Shown here piece after piece: positions 25,653-39,294 of a stretch of 64,000 nucleotides of DNA. A model generated the notes under the pieces. It was given only the letters and a program-made list of their open reading frames with translations, did no database searches and was not told the DNA's origin. Both the position numbers and the translations under genes were made by a program. Source of the stretch: Camelus ferus (taxonomy: Eukaryota); contig NC_045696.1 in NCBI RefSeq assembly GCF_009834535.1, forward strand, positions 98,706,001-98,770,000, written 5' to 3'. Position 1 is the stretch's first letter, and each line of letters begins with the position of its first letter.

Positions 25653-28371
25653 CAGTTAACAGGACTACTTGAAAAGATTCTTGCTGCAGAGGGAAAAAGA
25701 TCACTCTTTAATGCCCTTTTAAGTTCCACGATGTTGATTAATGTTGCCCTTTACATTAATGATGTTTCAAGTAAAAGAAAACAAATTTAAAATGGATCAA
25801 TTCTATTGAGGATGCATTAATTAGACGAAGACTCTGCCATATGCTGGGGCTGGAGGGTTTGCTGGCCTTTCCCTTGTAGTTACCTGTGTAAAATCCACCC
25901 TATCCTCTACATGAATGCCCACGCTGAATAGCCATTTGAATGAAGGCTTTAGTTTGATTCGCCATACAAGGGGTACTGTGTCACTGTGTTTTCTTTCTAG
26001 GAGTCACTAAGTGATTTCTATATCTGTTGTCATGGTGATATAGCAAAGCAGGGGAAAATGGGGGCAACTTCAGGCTTTTTCCTCACCCTCTGCACTAAGA
26101 TGTTGTTAGCAAGCCTATAAAACATTGGGCTTTCTCTGGGCCTTCTTTTTGTTCTCTGATTGTCAATAAAACTCATTTTAAGGGTAACAAGGACATCTAA
26201 ATGTCATCTGTCACAGTGTTAGAGAGATTAAGTTTGTTTAGGGACTTGTGCTGGACAAAGGCCACTATTTGTTCTGCAGATACAAAGCAGGGTTGGCTAT
26301 CACCGCTCTTGATTTAGAAGGAGGCCCAGAGACCATCGAGGAAATATCATCTCGGTTGCAGGTGACGGAGAGGCCTTCCTGACATGACAGCATTCAAACG
26401 ACAGCAGGAAGAATGATGGTTTGGAATGGGAATCTGTGGTTCCATTTCCCACATCCTTTTGTCCACACTCTAGGCCTAAAGTCTCCCTGAGACCCGAGGG
26501 GAGAAAATAGCTCTTGAGGGCCCCAGGCCTGTTTAAAAATTCGACATATCCACCTGATAGTCCTTGAACGAATGATAAAAGGGGAGAGGAAGGTTTGCAA
26601 GGGAAGTCCAACAATAACACGTACTGCCTTCATTCAGCATTCGCTCCGTAATGAGGCTAAATGGAACATACAGATTAATGAAGACATTGGTGTTATTAAA
26701 ACCAAATCCTGTGGTTCATATGCTTTTCTTAATAATGAACATGGTGGCTATTGGAGGAGAAGAACGGGTTTTTTTTCCCCTTAATCTGGCACACTTCCCA
26801 GATCTCATTCAACCAGAACCTGTCCCTGCGAAACGCTGCCCCTGGCCTCTGTGCGCCTTAGTCTTTCTATTTCATATCTGTGTTCATTTGAGGGGAAAAA
26901 AATATTTTCCCATTTGAAAAAGATTTTAAAAAGTGAACCTGGAGCCTAAGTAATGATTAAATAATTTTAAAACTAGGATGTTTCTTCCAACGTAACAGGC
27001 AACTAGGAAATACATAAAATTACTCGCAGATAATGGTGTCCTCAGCACATCTGCCTGCACTATGGGCACTGGTATCATGGGCTTTTCTGGTCACATTAAT
27101 GCATATCAGATATGATTTTATAGGAAATACTTATGGTAGAGAGGGCTGCTATGTGAAAACTTAGATGACCTGTTAGAGATGTCAGGCGATGGGAGATTCT
27201 TCATTTGCAGTTTATTCGGTCTTGACAATTTGAATTTTTATGGCGTATGAATGAGAGCAGAGTTGTCCGACTCATTTTTAATATCCCTGAGAGCACACCC
27301 CTATATGTGACACCCATGCGTGCACCCAAGCACAAGACCGGGACCAGGGCTCCCATTTAGAAGGAAAATGATAAACTCCCTCTTCATTCTGTGGAGAAGG
27401 GGAATATACGTATCTATGTACCTATGTACATATTTTAATATGCCGAGCTTGGAGTCTCCTTCATTCACGCTCTCTCTCTTCAATTTGAAAATCTGATTTT
27501 AATCATAGTGAAAAAAGGTCTGGGTAGATAGTCATAAACACTGTGTATTTCAACAATTGGACAGATTCCATTTTAGTTGTAAATCCGGCAGTTTATGATG
27601 AAGAAGATAAACTCATAATGGCCAATATCCAGAACTAGACCTGGTTAAAAAAAAAAAAATAAACACCTTGAAAGCCACACAATCACACATTTGTAGATGT
27701 GTCTATAATACTGAGCATGTCCGAAAACTAAAAGGAGCTGCAGCAGGAGTCTCGTTTTAAAAAATTCCTGGAGCATATTGCCACCAAGCTCAATGCATTT
27801 CTTTTTTAAGCTGGAAAGATTTGTTCCACACTGACTAATGAAAGCAAATACAGCATCGAGGTGCTGTTACATCAATATTATGGGCCTAGATGACTTTTAT
27901 TTAGTATCTTAATAGCTCGGTCATTTGTTATTCATTTCAGCCACACACGGGACACCAGGGTGTTATGAAGGACAATACTCTCGGGGCATTTTGAGTTCAA
28001 TTTGTGTTTCTCTCCTTATGCAGAACATGTGTTGGCATCAGCGATGGTTACAACAGGGGAATCACAATATACACTGAAGTTTTACCACGTTGTTCTGAGA
28101 TAATTTTCCTTTTCTCAAAACACAGCTCAAGTGCAGTTTTGGGGCATTTATTTTAAAAATACTACATGGACACTTCCTTCCTAGTCTTAAACCTCTTATT
28201 TCTTATATTATTTCAGATAAAGAGTTATGTGAAAGAATAAAAAGAAAATCCCTAACGAAAAGTAAATTAAGCTTCAAAACAGACCAACTGAAAGGGATAT
28301 TTGTCAGGTATACTTACAGCTAGAAACAAGGTGACTGAGAAAATAGACTGGAGAAGTCCAGTGATCCCCAG

Positions 28372-28373
<2 letters not shown>

Positions 28374-28407
<34 letters not shown>
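28374..28407. repeat. (AC)n microsatellite, about 17 units
   Basis: Perfect acacac... run. Confidence 0.95.
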
Positions 28408-28409
<2 letters not shown>

Positions 28410-28589
28410 TCACATGCATGGAGGCTTACTACTTTGTCCCCAAGGGGACATCTATCTTACTCTAGATGTTTTGTAGTTTCACAGATTCAGAGTAATTCTA
28501 ATGAGACAAGTAAAAGCAAATGGATGCTACAGGGTATCAATCTTTTTCTAAATTTCTTGGGATGAAAATCCTCTAAGTGCCTTTAAGTA

Positions 28590-28700
28590 GCTATGCAATT
28601 TGGATCCATTATTTCATTCATCTGGCCTCAGTTCCCTCTCCAAGGAAAATACAGAGATGGGATTAGATAATCTCTAAGGCCTCTTCCAGTTCTAAAATGC
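28590..28700 (+). mobile_element. MIR3/MIRc SINE 3' part
   Basis: tctggcctcagttccctc...aaaat...gggattagataatctctaaggcctcttccagttctaaaat is the characteristic MIR3-type end. Confidence 0.75.
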
Positions 28701-30167
28701 AGTTAACAAATGCATAATAAGGTTTGCGGTTTTAAAAAATGTCTAATATTTTGAAAGCAATTATTTTTGTTAAGAAAAAAGTAACATAATTGACAATAAC
28801 TTTGTGGTAAGATTACTATTCAACAACATACATAGTTTTATTTAAGACTTACTGTGCAAAATTGAGAATCCAGGCAGTTATATTTTCCAAGTCTATAATC
28901 TTTTCAGTTTTGACAAATGAGTAGCAAATATTTCATAATGGAGATAAGTTAATTCATCAAAGCTATGTATCATCCTGGTTCTTTAACTACTCTTTCACAC
29001 TCAGGAAAAAGTAAAACAACAAATCAAAATCTCTTAATGAACATTTTATAACAAAAAGATAATCTTTGATAAATAGCACACTTACTTGACACGGATTGTC
29101 ACTTGAACCAAATGCAGCAGCTGAGACTATTTCCGTCCACTCTCCTCTCATCCTGCTTCCCAGTTCTCGAGTCATGCTTTGTATTCTTGCTCAGTGCAAT
29201 CACGCAATATCTAAATTTATCATAAAATAACTGACTCTGGTGGATAATTTCTACATTGTAAAATTTCCTTTCCGCCTTACAGAATCCAATATTTCTTTAT
29301 CAGATATGGTCATGTTTAAGTGTATCCACAAACGATAATATGAATAAAGAAGTCCAGCACTGCCTACTCAGGAATGTTTTCAACCAGATAAAATACTCTG
29401 TGTACATAAAACAGCTTAATAAATTTATTGGACTGATGCAATTATATGCAATTCTTTTTATTGCTTCTGCTTATCTACTCTGCTGACTATAGAGTTTCAA
29501 CATAAATTCATTCCAATTTGTGAACCTAAAATTATGTTCAAATTCTATTTTATTCAGCTACTAATTAAAACTGAAATATATACCCTGATAGAACCACTTT
29601 GTTAAAGGTTAATCATAATTCAATTTTCATTAATAATAACTATTACATATGAGAAAAAATCCTATAATATTTAAGAAAATATAAAGACAATCAGTCTGAT
29701 AGTATGTGCTTTGGAAAGATGACGCTTCTCATATTTCCTCATTAGTTATTGGTAGTATTTGTTGGTTAATATATTAACAACATTGAAAAACTGAATGCAT
29801 GTCATAAAGTAATTAAAATACCTAGTTAGCTAGTCTTGATTTTTTAAATTCTTTTTAAATATTTTATTATACCAATAACATCATCATCACATATTTTAAA
29901 GCAACAATGTAACAGAAAAATAATGGAAATATAGTTAAAATAGGTTATGTTTTTTGAATCTGAATCCCAGCTTACTATTTTCAATAGTACCGAGGGCTTC
30001 AATTTTACCAGGAAAAAAAAGAAACTGAACTAAAATTTTGGACTTGCACATTAAAAAATACATAAATACTAAATCTAGTGAGAAGATGGTATACCTTAAG
30101 CATGATTTAATCATAATACTGATAATTTAGAAATATTTTTAAGGAAAAATTTTAAAAACAAAATTAA

Positions 30168-30250
30168 GGGGAAGTCTATAGCTCAGTGGTAGACTGTGTG
30201 CTTATAAATAAATAACTTAATTACCTCCCTCACACACACACACAAAAATT
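30168..30250 (+). mobile_element. Internally deleted tRNA-derived SINE, Vic-1 (camelid)-like
   Basis: ggggaagtctatagctcagtggtagactgtgtgctta (A box) joined directly to taaataaataacttaattacctccc tail and a (CA)/A-rich end; no B box. Confidence 0.7.
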
Positions 30251-32019
30251 ATAACTTTGAAATGTTACTAAAATCAACTTTCTCATCAAAGAAATATTTC
30301 TCTTTATGAATGTATTATTTGTGACATTTTTAGGCTTAATGATACTCTAAACTAAAATGCACATCATATAAACCAAAAAAAATTGAATAGTTAAAAATTA
30401 GAATTTCAGTTCCTCATGAAAGCCACACTCTTAACATACTTCATCTTGAAATGATTGAGTCTCTTGATCATTCTGCTTGCATCTGTATTATTTGAAAAAT
30501 GAACAGAGAAATAAAACACCTTAGTATATAAAACCTGGATAAGTGTGTACTTTTTGCATTCTCATTGCAAGAAATGAGCAATAGATTTTTCAATCTGTGC
30601 AAAGAACAAAAATGAATTTTATTTAGCTATCTTTTCTTCAGCCTCCAGTATCAGTATCATTCATTTTTGTTACAAAATTGCACACGTGGTATTACAGGAT
30701 CATTTGTTTCTCTTTTAGTACCACCTCCTAAATTTCTGAATGTTTTAGGGCTTTTTATATTATTCCAGCTACTACTTTTTTAGTAAAGTTTTGATTAAAG
30801 TGAAATATTCAAAAGGATTTCACAGCTCACTTGTAAGTATTTTTCCTATCAGTTCTGGGAAAAACAAAACAAAACACAATGTTTTTTTTTTTAATGATTT
30901 TTCTGACACAATAATAAAATGATTCTTTAAAAGGCAGAAAAACTGAATTTAATTACTTGGATTTCAGTGGTATTCAAACTGTATGAAGTTAGTGAAAAAA
31001 GTAATATTCAATGAGCAAAATATAGCCCCTATTAGGTAATGATCATATTGCCCTCAAACACAGGCTATCATTAGGTTAAAAACGATTAATTCAGGCATTA
31101 AGTTATCTTTAAATGGAAATTTTTTTACTTACATAACTCCATCTAAGGACAGAATAAAATATTTGATAAATGTGTTAATAACAAAAGAGTAAATATATAT
31201 TCTCGGGAAATGTTTGAATATAGCTCATCTGTAAGTGAGTTTATATGTAATTTAGTAAATAACATGTTCATCCAAAATAGCAACGTCTTCACTGGACGGC
31301 AGCCATTTTGGAAATTATACAGACACCACCTTGGCTTCTTTGCCATCACTGGACTGAGTTTCTGTTTCTTTTAATTCCTTTTCTCTTTTTATTTTTCCTA
31401 CAAAGACTAGTTTAGTTTATGACATGTATTGCCCTTTTCTTCATTGCATTCCATTACTCTTATACCTCGTTTCTCTCTTTTGCCAAAACCTTGATGTCTT
31501 GTCAAGGACTCTCTGTTCTTTAATCAAAACCTTTTATAACATTATCAATCATTTTACATTGTAGTCTTTCTCATTATTTAAAATTGATATTTACTGAAAC
31601 TACTTTACATAACTTTAAAAGTGAATTTCAAAACGATAATATCTTACATTTAAATAATGTTGTGCTTCCTGAAAATGCTTCCTGGAATAAGACTCAAGTC
31701 TCTTTCTAATGCCTGAATGTGTATTAGATTTGGGCTTCTTCTTCAAAGGGCATGATTAAATTAGAAAAGTCTTGATGAGAAGCCTTTGCTTTTACAGAGC
31801 AGAGAGTGAGGGGGAAGTATTTTTTTTTTTACCAAAATCAAAAATGAAAGAAGGAAATAGGTGAATTTTGTAGCAACTGTGCAGTTATTTTAAAAATAAG
31901 TAAGAATCAATATAAAAATCCAAGTAGACTCAAGTCTGATGCCAACATTAGAAAAGTGTGTATACAGTTTTCTCCACCCAGTTTATTTGTTTTAAATCAC
32001 TCTTGGAAGATTATCTGGG

Positions 32020-32390
32020 TAAGCAGTGAAGTAGAGTTCTGGCTTCAGAATCAGAGAGGTTTGAGTTCAAATCCTGACTGAGAAAAAGGTGAATAAATTC
32101 TCAAAGCCACAATTCGTCTATAAAATAAAGTTGAAGGTTACAGCTATTCTGTAACAATTAAGAAAAGGCATATCAAGGATTTGTCAGAGAACCTGACATC
32201 TTGGAAGAGCTCAGTGAAATTAGTCATTTTGATGTTGTTAGAATTTGCTAGGCAACAAAGCATCACTGAAAAAAAATATTTGTTTAGAGTCAGGTAAAAC
32301 ATGTTGGCTGTAACACTTATAAGATGAGTGGCATTGGTAAATCAGTTAATTTCTCTGAGTTTCAGTTTCCACTTCTATAAAAATAGTCTA
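32020..32390 (+). mobile_element. Two adjacent MIR SINE remnants
   Basis: tggcttcagaatcagagagg...gagttcaaatcctgact and gcattggtaaatcagttaatttctctgagtttcagtttccacttctataaaa. Confidence 0.7.
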
Positions 32391-32416
32391 TATCTTTGAT
32401 TGAACTGTGAAATCTG

Positions 32417-32771
32417 CACTATGCCAGTAAATGCTTGCAAATACCTGATTTATAGCATTTGCTGATTTCTTGTGGTGTAAATCCTTTTACAATTTTTACA
32501 ATTACTGCATCTGTAATTGTACTGTGAAAAACCTCAAAAGCAATGATATCAGTGCAATAAATTAAATACATACATTAAATACATATATAAATAATTAGGA
32601 ATTGATGACTTGATTTTCTTTGTGTTTCATATAATTTATTTCATGATTTTGTAATTTAGTTAGGTACTTTATAATAATTGTGTTCAGCACCTCAGCTCAC
32701 AACATTCTTGAAAATTTAACAGTCATCTTTTGGAGTCATCAAAAGGAGCTGGCTCTACCTGGTACAACAGT
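32417..32771 (-). mobile_element. hAT-Blackjack DNA transposon relic (MER63-like)
   Basis: cctgatttatagcatttgctgatttcttgtggtgtaaat and cagctcacaacattcttgaaaatttaaca...gagctggctc match the remembered reverse MER63 consensus. Confidence 0.7.
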
Positions 32772-34619
32772 GCATAAGGGTTAAATTAGATAATATTGGT
32801 AAAAACCCCTATACTGATTTCTTTTTTGACAAAGCCCTTCATAAGATACACATATATATGTGTGTATGTATGAATATTACAGATATACAGTCTTCTATTT
32901 ATTTATGATCCTTATTATTTATCCAAGTTTCTTTTCTTTTTTCTGAGACAAGTGGGAAAAGTAGGTGAGAATGCCAGGACAAACAAACACAAACAAAACT
33001 GACTATTGGACACAAGTGAACCTAGAAAACATTTACGTCTCCATCAGTGTCCTCAGTTGGATCATACTTCAGTGTCAATCAACTGTGCATAATATTGCCT
33101 TTGTTAATAATTTTAAATATATTTTTGATGATTATATGAGCCATAAATGCTATAAATGGTATACTAAAACTTTTTTAAGTGCCTCATTTTAAATCAGCAA
33201 CAGAAAATCTTACAGCATTTAGACATCTCTAAAAAGAAACATTTGGGTATTTTTCTGCCTAGATTGATTAATGCATTTGCCTCAGCCAGTTGATTTTTTT
33301 AAAATTAAGCATAGCAAGATTCAAAATTGGCACCCTGGGGAACCATTGCCACCATAAGGAATTCTCTGAAAAATCAATTAAAGCAAAGTTAAGTAAATTA
33401 AATGAAAGCTCCTTCTTTGAAACTCTCAAAATAAAAACATATTAAAACTATACCAAGTTACTCTATATTCAAAATGCATACAAATATTTCTTCCTAGTTA
33501 CTAACGTGTCTCCTTTCAATTGATTCAACAAATATTTATTGAGTATTCTGGATACTTGTAGGTGATTTTGCATCTTACATTGATTCTTAACTTCTCATTG
33601 TTAATATTTTACCTAGACTGTTTAAATCTGAACATCTCAAAGAAGCTTTAAAAAAGAGCTCTCACTTACATTTTTACATTTCTGTTATGATTATGTTTAT
33701 AAAGAAGGTATTATATTTTTCTTTTCCCCCTTTAGTCACTACCTAACCTTTGATTTTCTAAGGAGTTTGTGCAAATACCATGTTAAAAATGACATAAATA
33801 TAATTAGCAGTAGTCATGTTTGGTTGGGTTACACAACATAAAAAGGAGAATATTTAAGTTATTGAGCTGAAAATTTTAATTATAAACTAGTAACTCTAAG
33901 AAAAAATTTGTTTTGATGTTCTCCAGATTAAAAGAGTAGGAATTAGTTAATTTTCTTATTTAGAATAGAAATAGTCAGCTGTAATGCTCATGTCATACAT
34001 ACAAAAACACATACATATATAAATATATATTATTAAGTGTATCTGACTTATATTTGAAAGTGAAGTTGGGTCTATGTTTTCCTCTCCAAATTCAGAAACA
34101 AAGCTTAAAATATCTGGATAAACGGCAAATATCATCCAAGTGGTTTAAGAAGCCAATTCAATAAGAAAATAATTATTTTAGGTGAAAAGCCAAGTTATTT
34201 TTCAAGGTCATTATAACATACAATAAAAATTGCTAGTTTCTCTGACCAGTATGTAGTAATGCTTAACTAGATGTGCAAGAAAATGTGTTATTATAATCTT
34301 CTGTGAATATTTTTAAAATTTCGAGTGCATAATGGAAATTTCTGTTAAGTGTTACATTTCTACTTTGATGAACTAATCTTTGGAAACACTCTTGACAAAC
34401 AAGTACTGTATTTGTACTCTTAGCATTATATCAACATTGCTCCATAGAGCAGATCCTTTATTTGTAGGTTTTATTATGATAGAACAGAGTGGCTTACAGA
34501 GAGGGAATGTGTAAATAAATCACAGTTTCTTAAAAAAATACAGACACCTTTAGAAGATTTCCACTGGCAATGAAACTTGTTTTGAACTATATTTTTATTT
34601 CAAAATAAATGTAACTTAC

Positions 34620-34643
34620 TGAGATTCACATTCCTTAAAGTAA
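34620..34643 (-). other. Candidate 24-nt microexon
   Basis: On -: cttctttgttttgcttttctgttccccag|TTACTTTAAGGAATGTGAATCTCA|gtaagt; strong acceptor and consensus donor; frame-preserving length. Confidence 0.25.
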
Positions 34644-36034
34644 CTGGGGAACAGAAAAGCAAAACAAAGAAGTGGAGTGAAGACATAAATTGTAATAGAC
34701 CTTAAATGTAAAATCATTCCTAATGTGAAAGATTTAGTTTCACTTTAAAACGGCAAAAATGGAAACTAAGTATATTTTACTATAAGTATATTTTAAACAC
34801 TTTCATAATAATTTACAATACGCTTTAAACACATAATTGCTGTTTGTCACTAAGGAAACAGCATATATTACACATGTAGAACAGTGTGTAGTTAGGTGAC
34901 TACTCATGCCTAGGACCAAAAATATAATGAATTATCCAAAGTCCCAAAGACAGAAATCATTAAATGACCTACTGCTACTTAAAAAGTCATTAGTTTCAGG
35001 AATGTAATATAAATTTTATTGATGGAAGCATTGTTTATGATTTGTTTTTGAGTCTGTTAAATTTTAAAATAAAAATGAACTATGTCAAATTCAGTAAATT
35101 TTAGAAAAGACTTATCTTCTATTAAGTATGGGAAATAAGGAAAATCTAATATACATTGTTGCACCACAGTTTTGAAGCAATAGCAATGCCCCACCAGAAA
35201 ACATCAAAAGCTCCTAATTTTCACCTATTTTCTTTTCGAAAGATATACAGTACTATCAGTCTTTTTTGTAATTTTTAATGTATGCTGGCATTTTCATTCA
35301 CAATTTTAAATCTGAAGGTAAATAGTCAAAGGATATCAGCTGCATATTGTGGACTAAGTGAACTAAAAAATAATCATAGCTGTTTAGGACATTTTTTTGT
35401 TCTCCCCATCCCCACCCCTTACTTAAGGGATAAACTGAATTTGTCATGTTATTGATAATGCTAATTTTCAGAAACAGTGATTCACACAATAATGATGGCT
35501 TCACTTTGTATACAATCTTGATGTAACAAAAGTACCCTGAAATAAGGAAACTTGACATCAGAAGCCTTTCTTTTATGTGCTGTATATTAAAAGGCTACAT
35601 TATTAGTTAGTCATTATAAGTGCACAAGCTACAATAATAATGATGCAACTGGAGGATTGGTCTTTTGAGAGTCTATCATTAATGAAATTGAAAGGTTAAA
35701 AGCCAATGCTTAGAACTTGATGGCTAGAGAAGATTATTTATGGAATAATTTGCATTGTGATTTCAGAGCCAAAGTTTAATGCATGACTTCATTGTATTGA
35801 AACTCAGTGAACCCCATGGTTAGCTATGTCCTTAAAAAGAAACCGTGCATTTTCATTTCAAAGGATACACAGATACCAAGTTACCAAATATAACAAACTT
35901 AAATTATTTAAAATTCTGACCCATGGAAATTCTTTTACAATTCAATTCTTGAATAAATTATTAGGATCTGAATATGACCAGCTACACCTTCTTGTCTTGG
36001 GAAATATTGTGCAACTTTGAGAAACACTCCTGAG

Positions 36035-36270
36035 TATAATCGTGAGAAAAGCTTGTAATTAGAAATCTTAGTGAACTAAATTTGAATCCTGTTTCTATCA
36101 TTTATTAGCTTTACATCTTGAGTAAAAGTGATTAACTAGCCTTAATCTCCCTACTTGAAAAAAAAAATAAAGTTAGTAGAATTCACCTAAAAGAGAGATT
36201 TGTGAAGACTAAATGAGAAACACATAGAATTACTAGAACAACATCTGCTCTACATTAGGAACTCAGCATT
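36035..36270 (+). mobile_element. MIR SINE
   Basis: tttgaatcctgtttctatcatttattagct...cttgagtaaa...ttgtgaagactaaatgagaaa...agaacaacatctgctctacattaggaactca. Confidence 0.75.
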
Positions 36271-36599
36271 ACTCTCTCTGTTTACATCTCCTTCAATTAC
36301 AAAATTACAAAAAGTTGTTTTCAAACTTTTTTGTCATCCTGAGATTGCAAACCTGAAGGAAAACTGCTTAAATCAGTGGTTCTAATCTTGATTGATTAGG
36401 ATATTCTGGGCCTTCTCAAAGTTGGACTCTTGTGTTATTAAGATTTTTATTAGAACAGCTCAGGTTCTACAGTTTCATCAATAAATAATTAACAAATGAG
36501 AAACACAATGAAAAATGTATTTCCTGTGGGTAAAAAAAAAAAATAGAAGAATATTATCAGCATCAGATTGGCTGTGTGGTCACTAGGATGTGTCTCTCC

Positions 36600-37720
36600 T
36601 ACAGTGATGGTTGTACACTAAGTGATTATTAGGTCTTCAAGATATCTCTGCAAATGCAAAGAAAAACTGGAAAAGAAACCAGTGGAAGAGAGAACCAAAT
36701 GCAGAAGTGAGCCCTAGGTAAGAACCAGAAAAGAACCAAGGGAGGAAGAGTACGAGGTGAGCAATGGCTTTAAAAAGGTATCATGAACAAAGAAAAGAGG
36801 GTAATTAACGTCATCAAACAGTTCAAGGAGAAATAAGGCCAAATATAAAAAATTGATTTTGACTCGTAGATCACTACTGACCAGCATAAATATATAATTT
36901 TTTATAGCAGTCTGCAGGGGACTGAATGACCTATCCCTGCACCAGAATAGCTCTGGCTGGGGTCCACATGGATTTCCATGTTCCAAAATTCGATGGAAAT
37001 TTAAAAATTCTTCTTGAACTCCAAGCCAGATTTGTCACTGTTGACAACTTTTTCCTTAGAAAATTTTCTTTCCTTGGCTTGATTTACATTAAAGTTTCCA
37101 TATTGCCAATCCTGGCTATTAATTAAATCTCCACTGCAGACACCTTTCTATCTTAACTGTTCACTGTCAAGTTATTTTAAGCTTAATCTCAGGTCTAATT
37201 CTCTCATCACTTTATAATCGCATCCCCTGCAATCTTATTTATATCTACAATTTAATTGATTAACTATACCCAAATGAATCCCAAATGTTTGTCTTTGTTC
37301 TGGACGTTACTTCTGAGCTTCAGGCCTATGAACCCAGCTTCCTTTTCTGTAGCTCCACCTAGGTATCTCCAAACTACTTCTAACTCATGGTAACTTCTAG
37401 AATCTTTCCTCAAAAAAACTTAAATTCCCAAGTTCAGGGAACATATACACCATGTATCTAGTTCCCTAAACCAGAAACTCAAAAGTCCCACCATATCCAA
37501 TTTTAGTTTCTAAATATGTCTCCAACCATCCACTCTCTTGACCACCAAATTCTTTTCCTATGGGAAGGATGATTTGTTCAACATCCAAAGCTCATCATAG
37601 AACTTCTTCTGTTTTCAGTACTTCCTCATCCTTATTTAAAATGCCTCAATTTTTTAGAATAATGACTAAAATATTTACTAGAGCATACAAGACTCAGAAT
37701 GATTTGTCTCTTTTCCACCT
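36600..37720. mobile_element. LINE-2 remnants (minus fragment to ~36900, plus fragment ~36930-37720)
   Basis: tttgtcactgttgacaactttttccttagaaaattttctttccttggctt...tcccaaatgtttgtctttgttctggac...ttctgagcttcagg...ctccacctaggtatctc resembles internal L2. Confidence 0.65.
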
Positions 37721-38347
37721 ATCTGTAACCCCAAAAGAGATTAGGGTGACAGCCATTCAGGGTCATGAGTCAAGTGAAAAATTTTCCAGCAGAGGATAAC
37801 TCTATCTTCTTGAATATGGAAGACTGGGCAAGGTCTAGAGAGAAACAAATTAAACTTACCTTTAAAAGAAAGGTAGAAATGGCAGAATCAAGATCTCTAA
37901 AGTAGGAGTCAGTAAGTATAGTTTACTTGTGTGAAAGAGAAAAGACACACTTCCTAGTAAACCAAAAAGGTAAAAAGGAGTTAAATTTTAAAATGAATAT
38001 GTACTCTTTTTAATTGTTTTCAATTAAACTTTATGTTAACTGTGATTGATTACAGTTTATGTGGCCATAAGACATTAAAAGTCATTACTAGACAAGATGT
38101 AGGTAAATTTTTTTTTTAATTATCAGGCTTCAATTTAAGATGTTGTATCATGTTTTGGAAATGTGTTTAAAGGTAAAGAATTATCAACTCTATATCCTAA
38201 AATTTCTAGTTTCTTAATTTGCATTTCCAATAATGTTATAAAGTTACCATGTGCAATTTGGTACAAGATACATTTAACTTTAATTTACTAGAAGATTTTC
38301 TGTAAGTTTCAGAAATTGTACAATTCAACTGGGCATTTTTTTCTTAG

Positions 38348-38475
38348 GTGGCTACACCAAAAAACAGGTCTACCCTAAAAGATGAGACTGCGCGCTATTG
38401 AAGACATTCAAAAGAAGTTGCTGAAAGCACTGAGGGCAATTCCATTTATTAGCAGATGGATGCTCTTGTGAGTGC
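38348..38475 (+). other. Candidate non-coding or 5'-UTR exon with tandem donors
   Basis: ttttttcttag| acceptor; donors gtgagt at 38468 and gtaagt at 38476; stops in all three frames counted from the acceptor. Confidence 0.3.
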
Positions 38476-39294
38476 GTAAGTACCTCTTCATATCACTTTA
38501 TCACTCATAAAGTGTCACCGTGTAAACTCCTTTCTGGGAGGAAGCCAAGTTCTTTTGGAAGCTGAATAACTCAGGCAACTAGAGGTCTATTCATTTCGTT
38601 AAAACAGTGAATAGTGTATGAACTAGAAGAATCTGACTCAGTAAGTATTAAATAATTCATTTTCCATACGATCTGACCTGAGATATGACTGTAAAGTATG
38701 GGGATTGATTTTTATATGTATATTTGAACCTAAAAACCCCTATAACTGCTATTTGTAAAGAGAGTAATGTTGAGATACTGTATATTTACTTCAAGAGTGA
38801 TTCCAGCAATTAAGAAAATTTGAGAATTATCTTTTGGAATTAACTTAAAAGTAAGATGATTGGTCAAACAAGAAATTCTCTGGACATTTTCATCATAAAT
38901 TCCTTTGTAGAGTCTAAAATGCGATTTCCTGGGCTCTTCACCGAACTTTTTATTTTCTTATTTACGGTGGTTTGGAAAAAAATAAATCATTTATAGGTAC
39001 CAACATTTATCACAAGAGGTTACTCTAAAATAGGAGTTACATAAATGTTTTGAGGTTTAGCCTTATTTGAATAAATTTATAGATGTCAGGTGGGATAGCA
39101 TTATAACACAGGTATTTAGCCAGTCCCTGCCCATATCTCCACCAAAATATATAATTAATAGACTATAAAGATAGGGTAATAATCAGCAGGAGTCCTGGAA
39201 ACTGGAGAAGAAGTTTCAATAAAATTCTATGGATTCAGCAGCAGTAAACCCATATTAAATGCAGTTACTCTAATCTGTCCATCTTTTACAACAA

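Noticed and set aside
25478..25790. 83-aa and 101-aa ORFs over the CpG patch
   Set aside because: Non-ATG or weak starts, G/P/R-rich composition, open on both strands; explained by GC content
29086..29210. Minus-strand segment with tttag acceptor and gtaagt donor
   Set aside because: Stops in all three frames and a weak pyrimidine tract; not supportable as a coding exon
30168..30204. tRNA gene
   Set aside because: Only an A box is present; no B box or cloverleaf, and it is followed by a SINE tail
31133..31142. 10-nt segment between ttctgtccttag and gtaagt on the minus strand
   Set aside because: Frameshifting length and no supporting evidence; expected by chance
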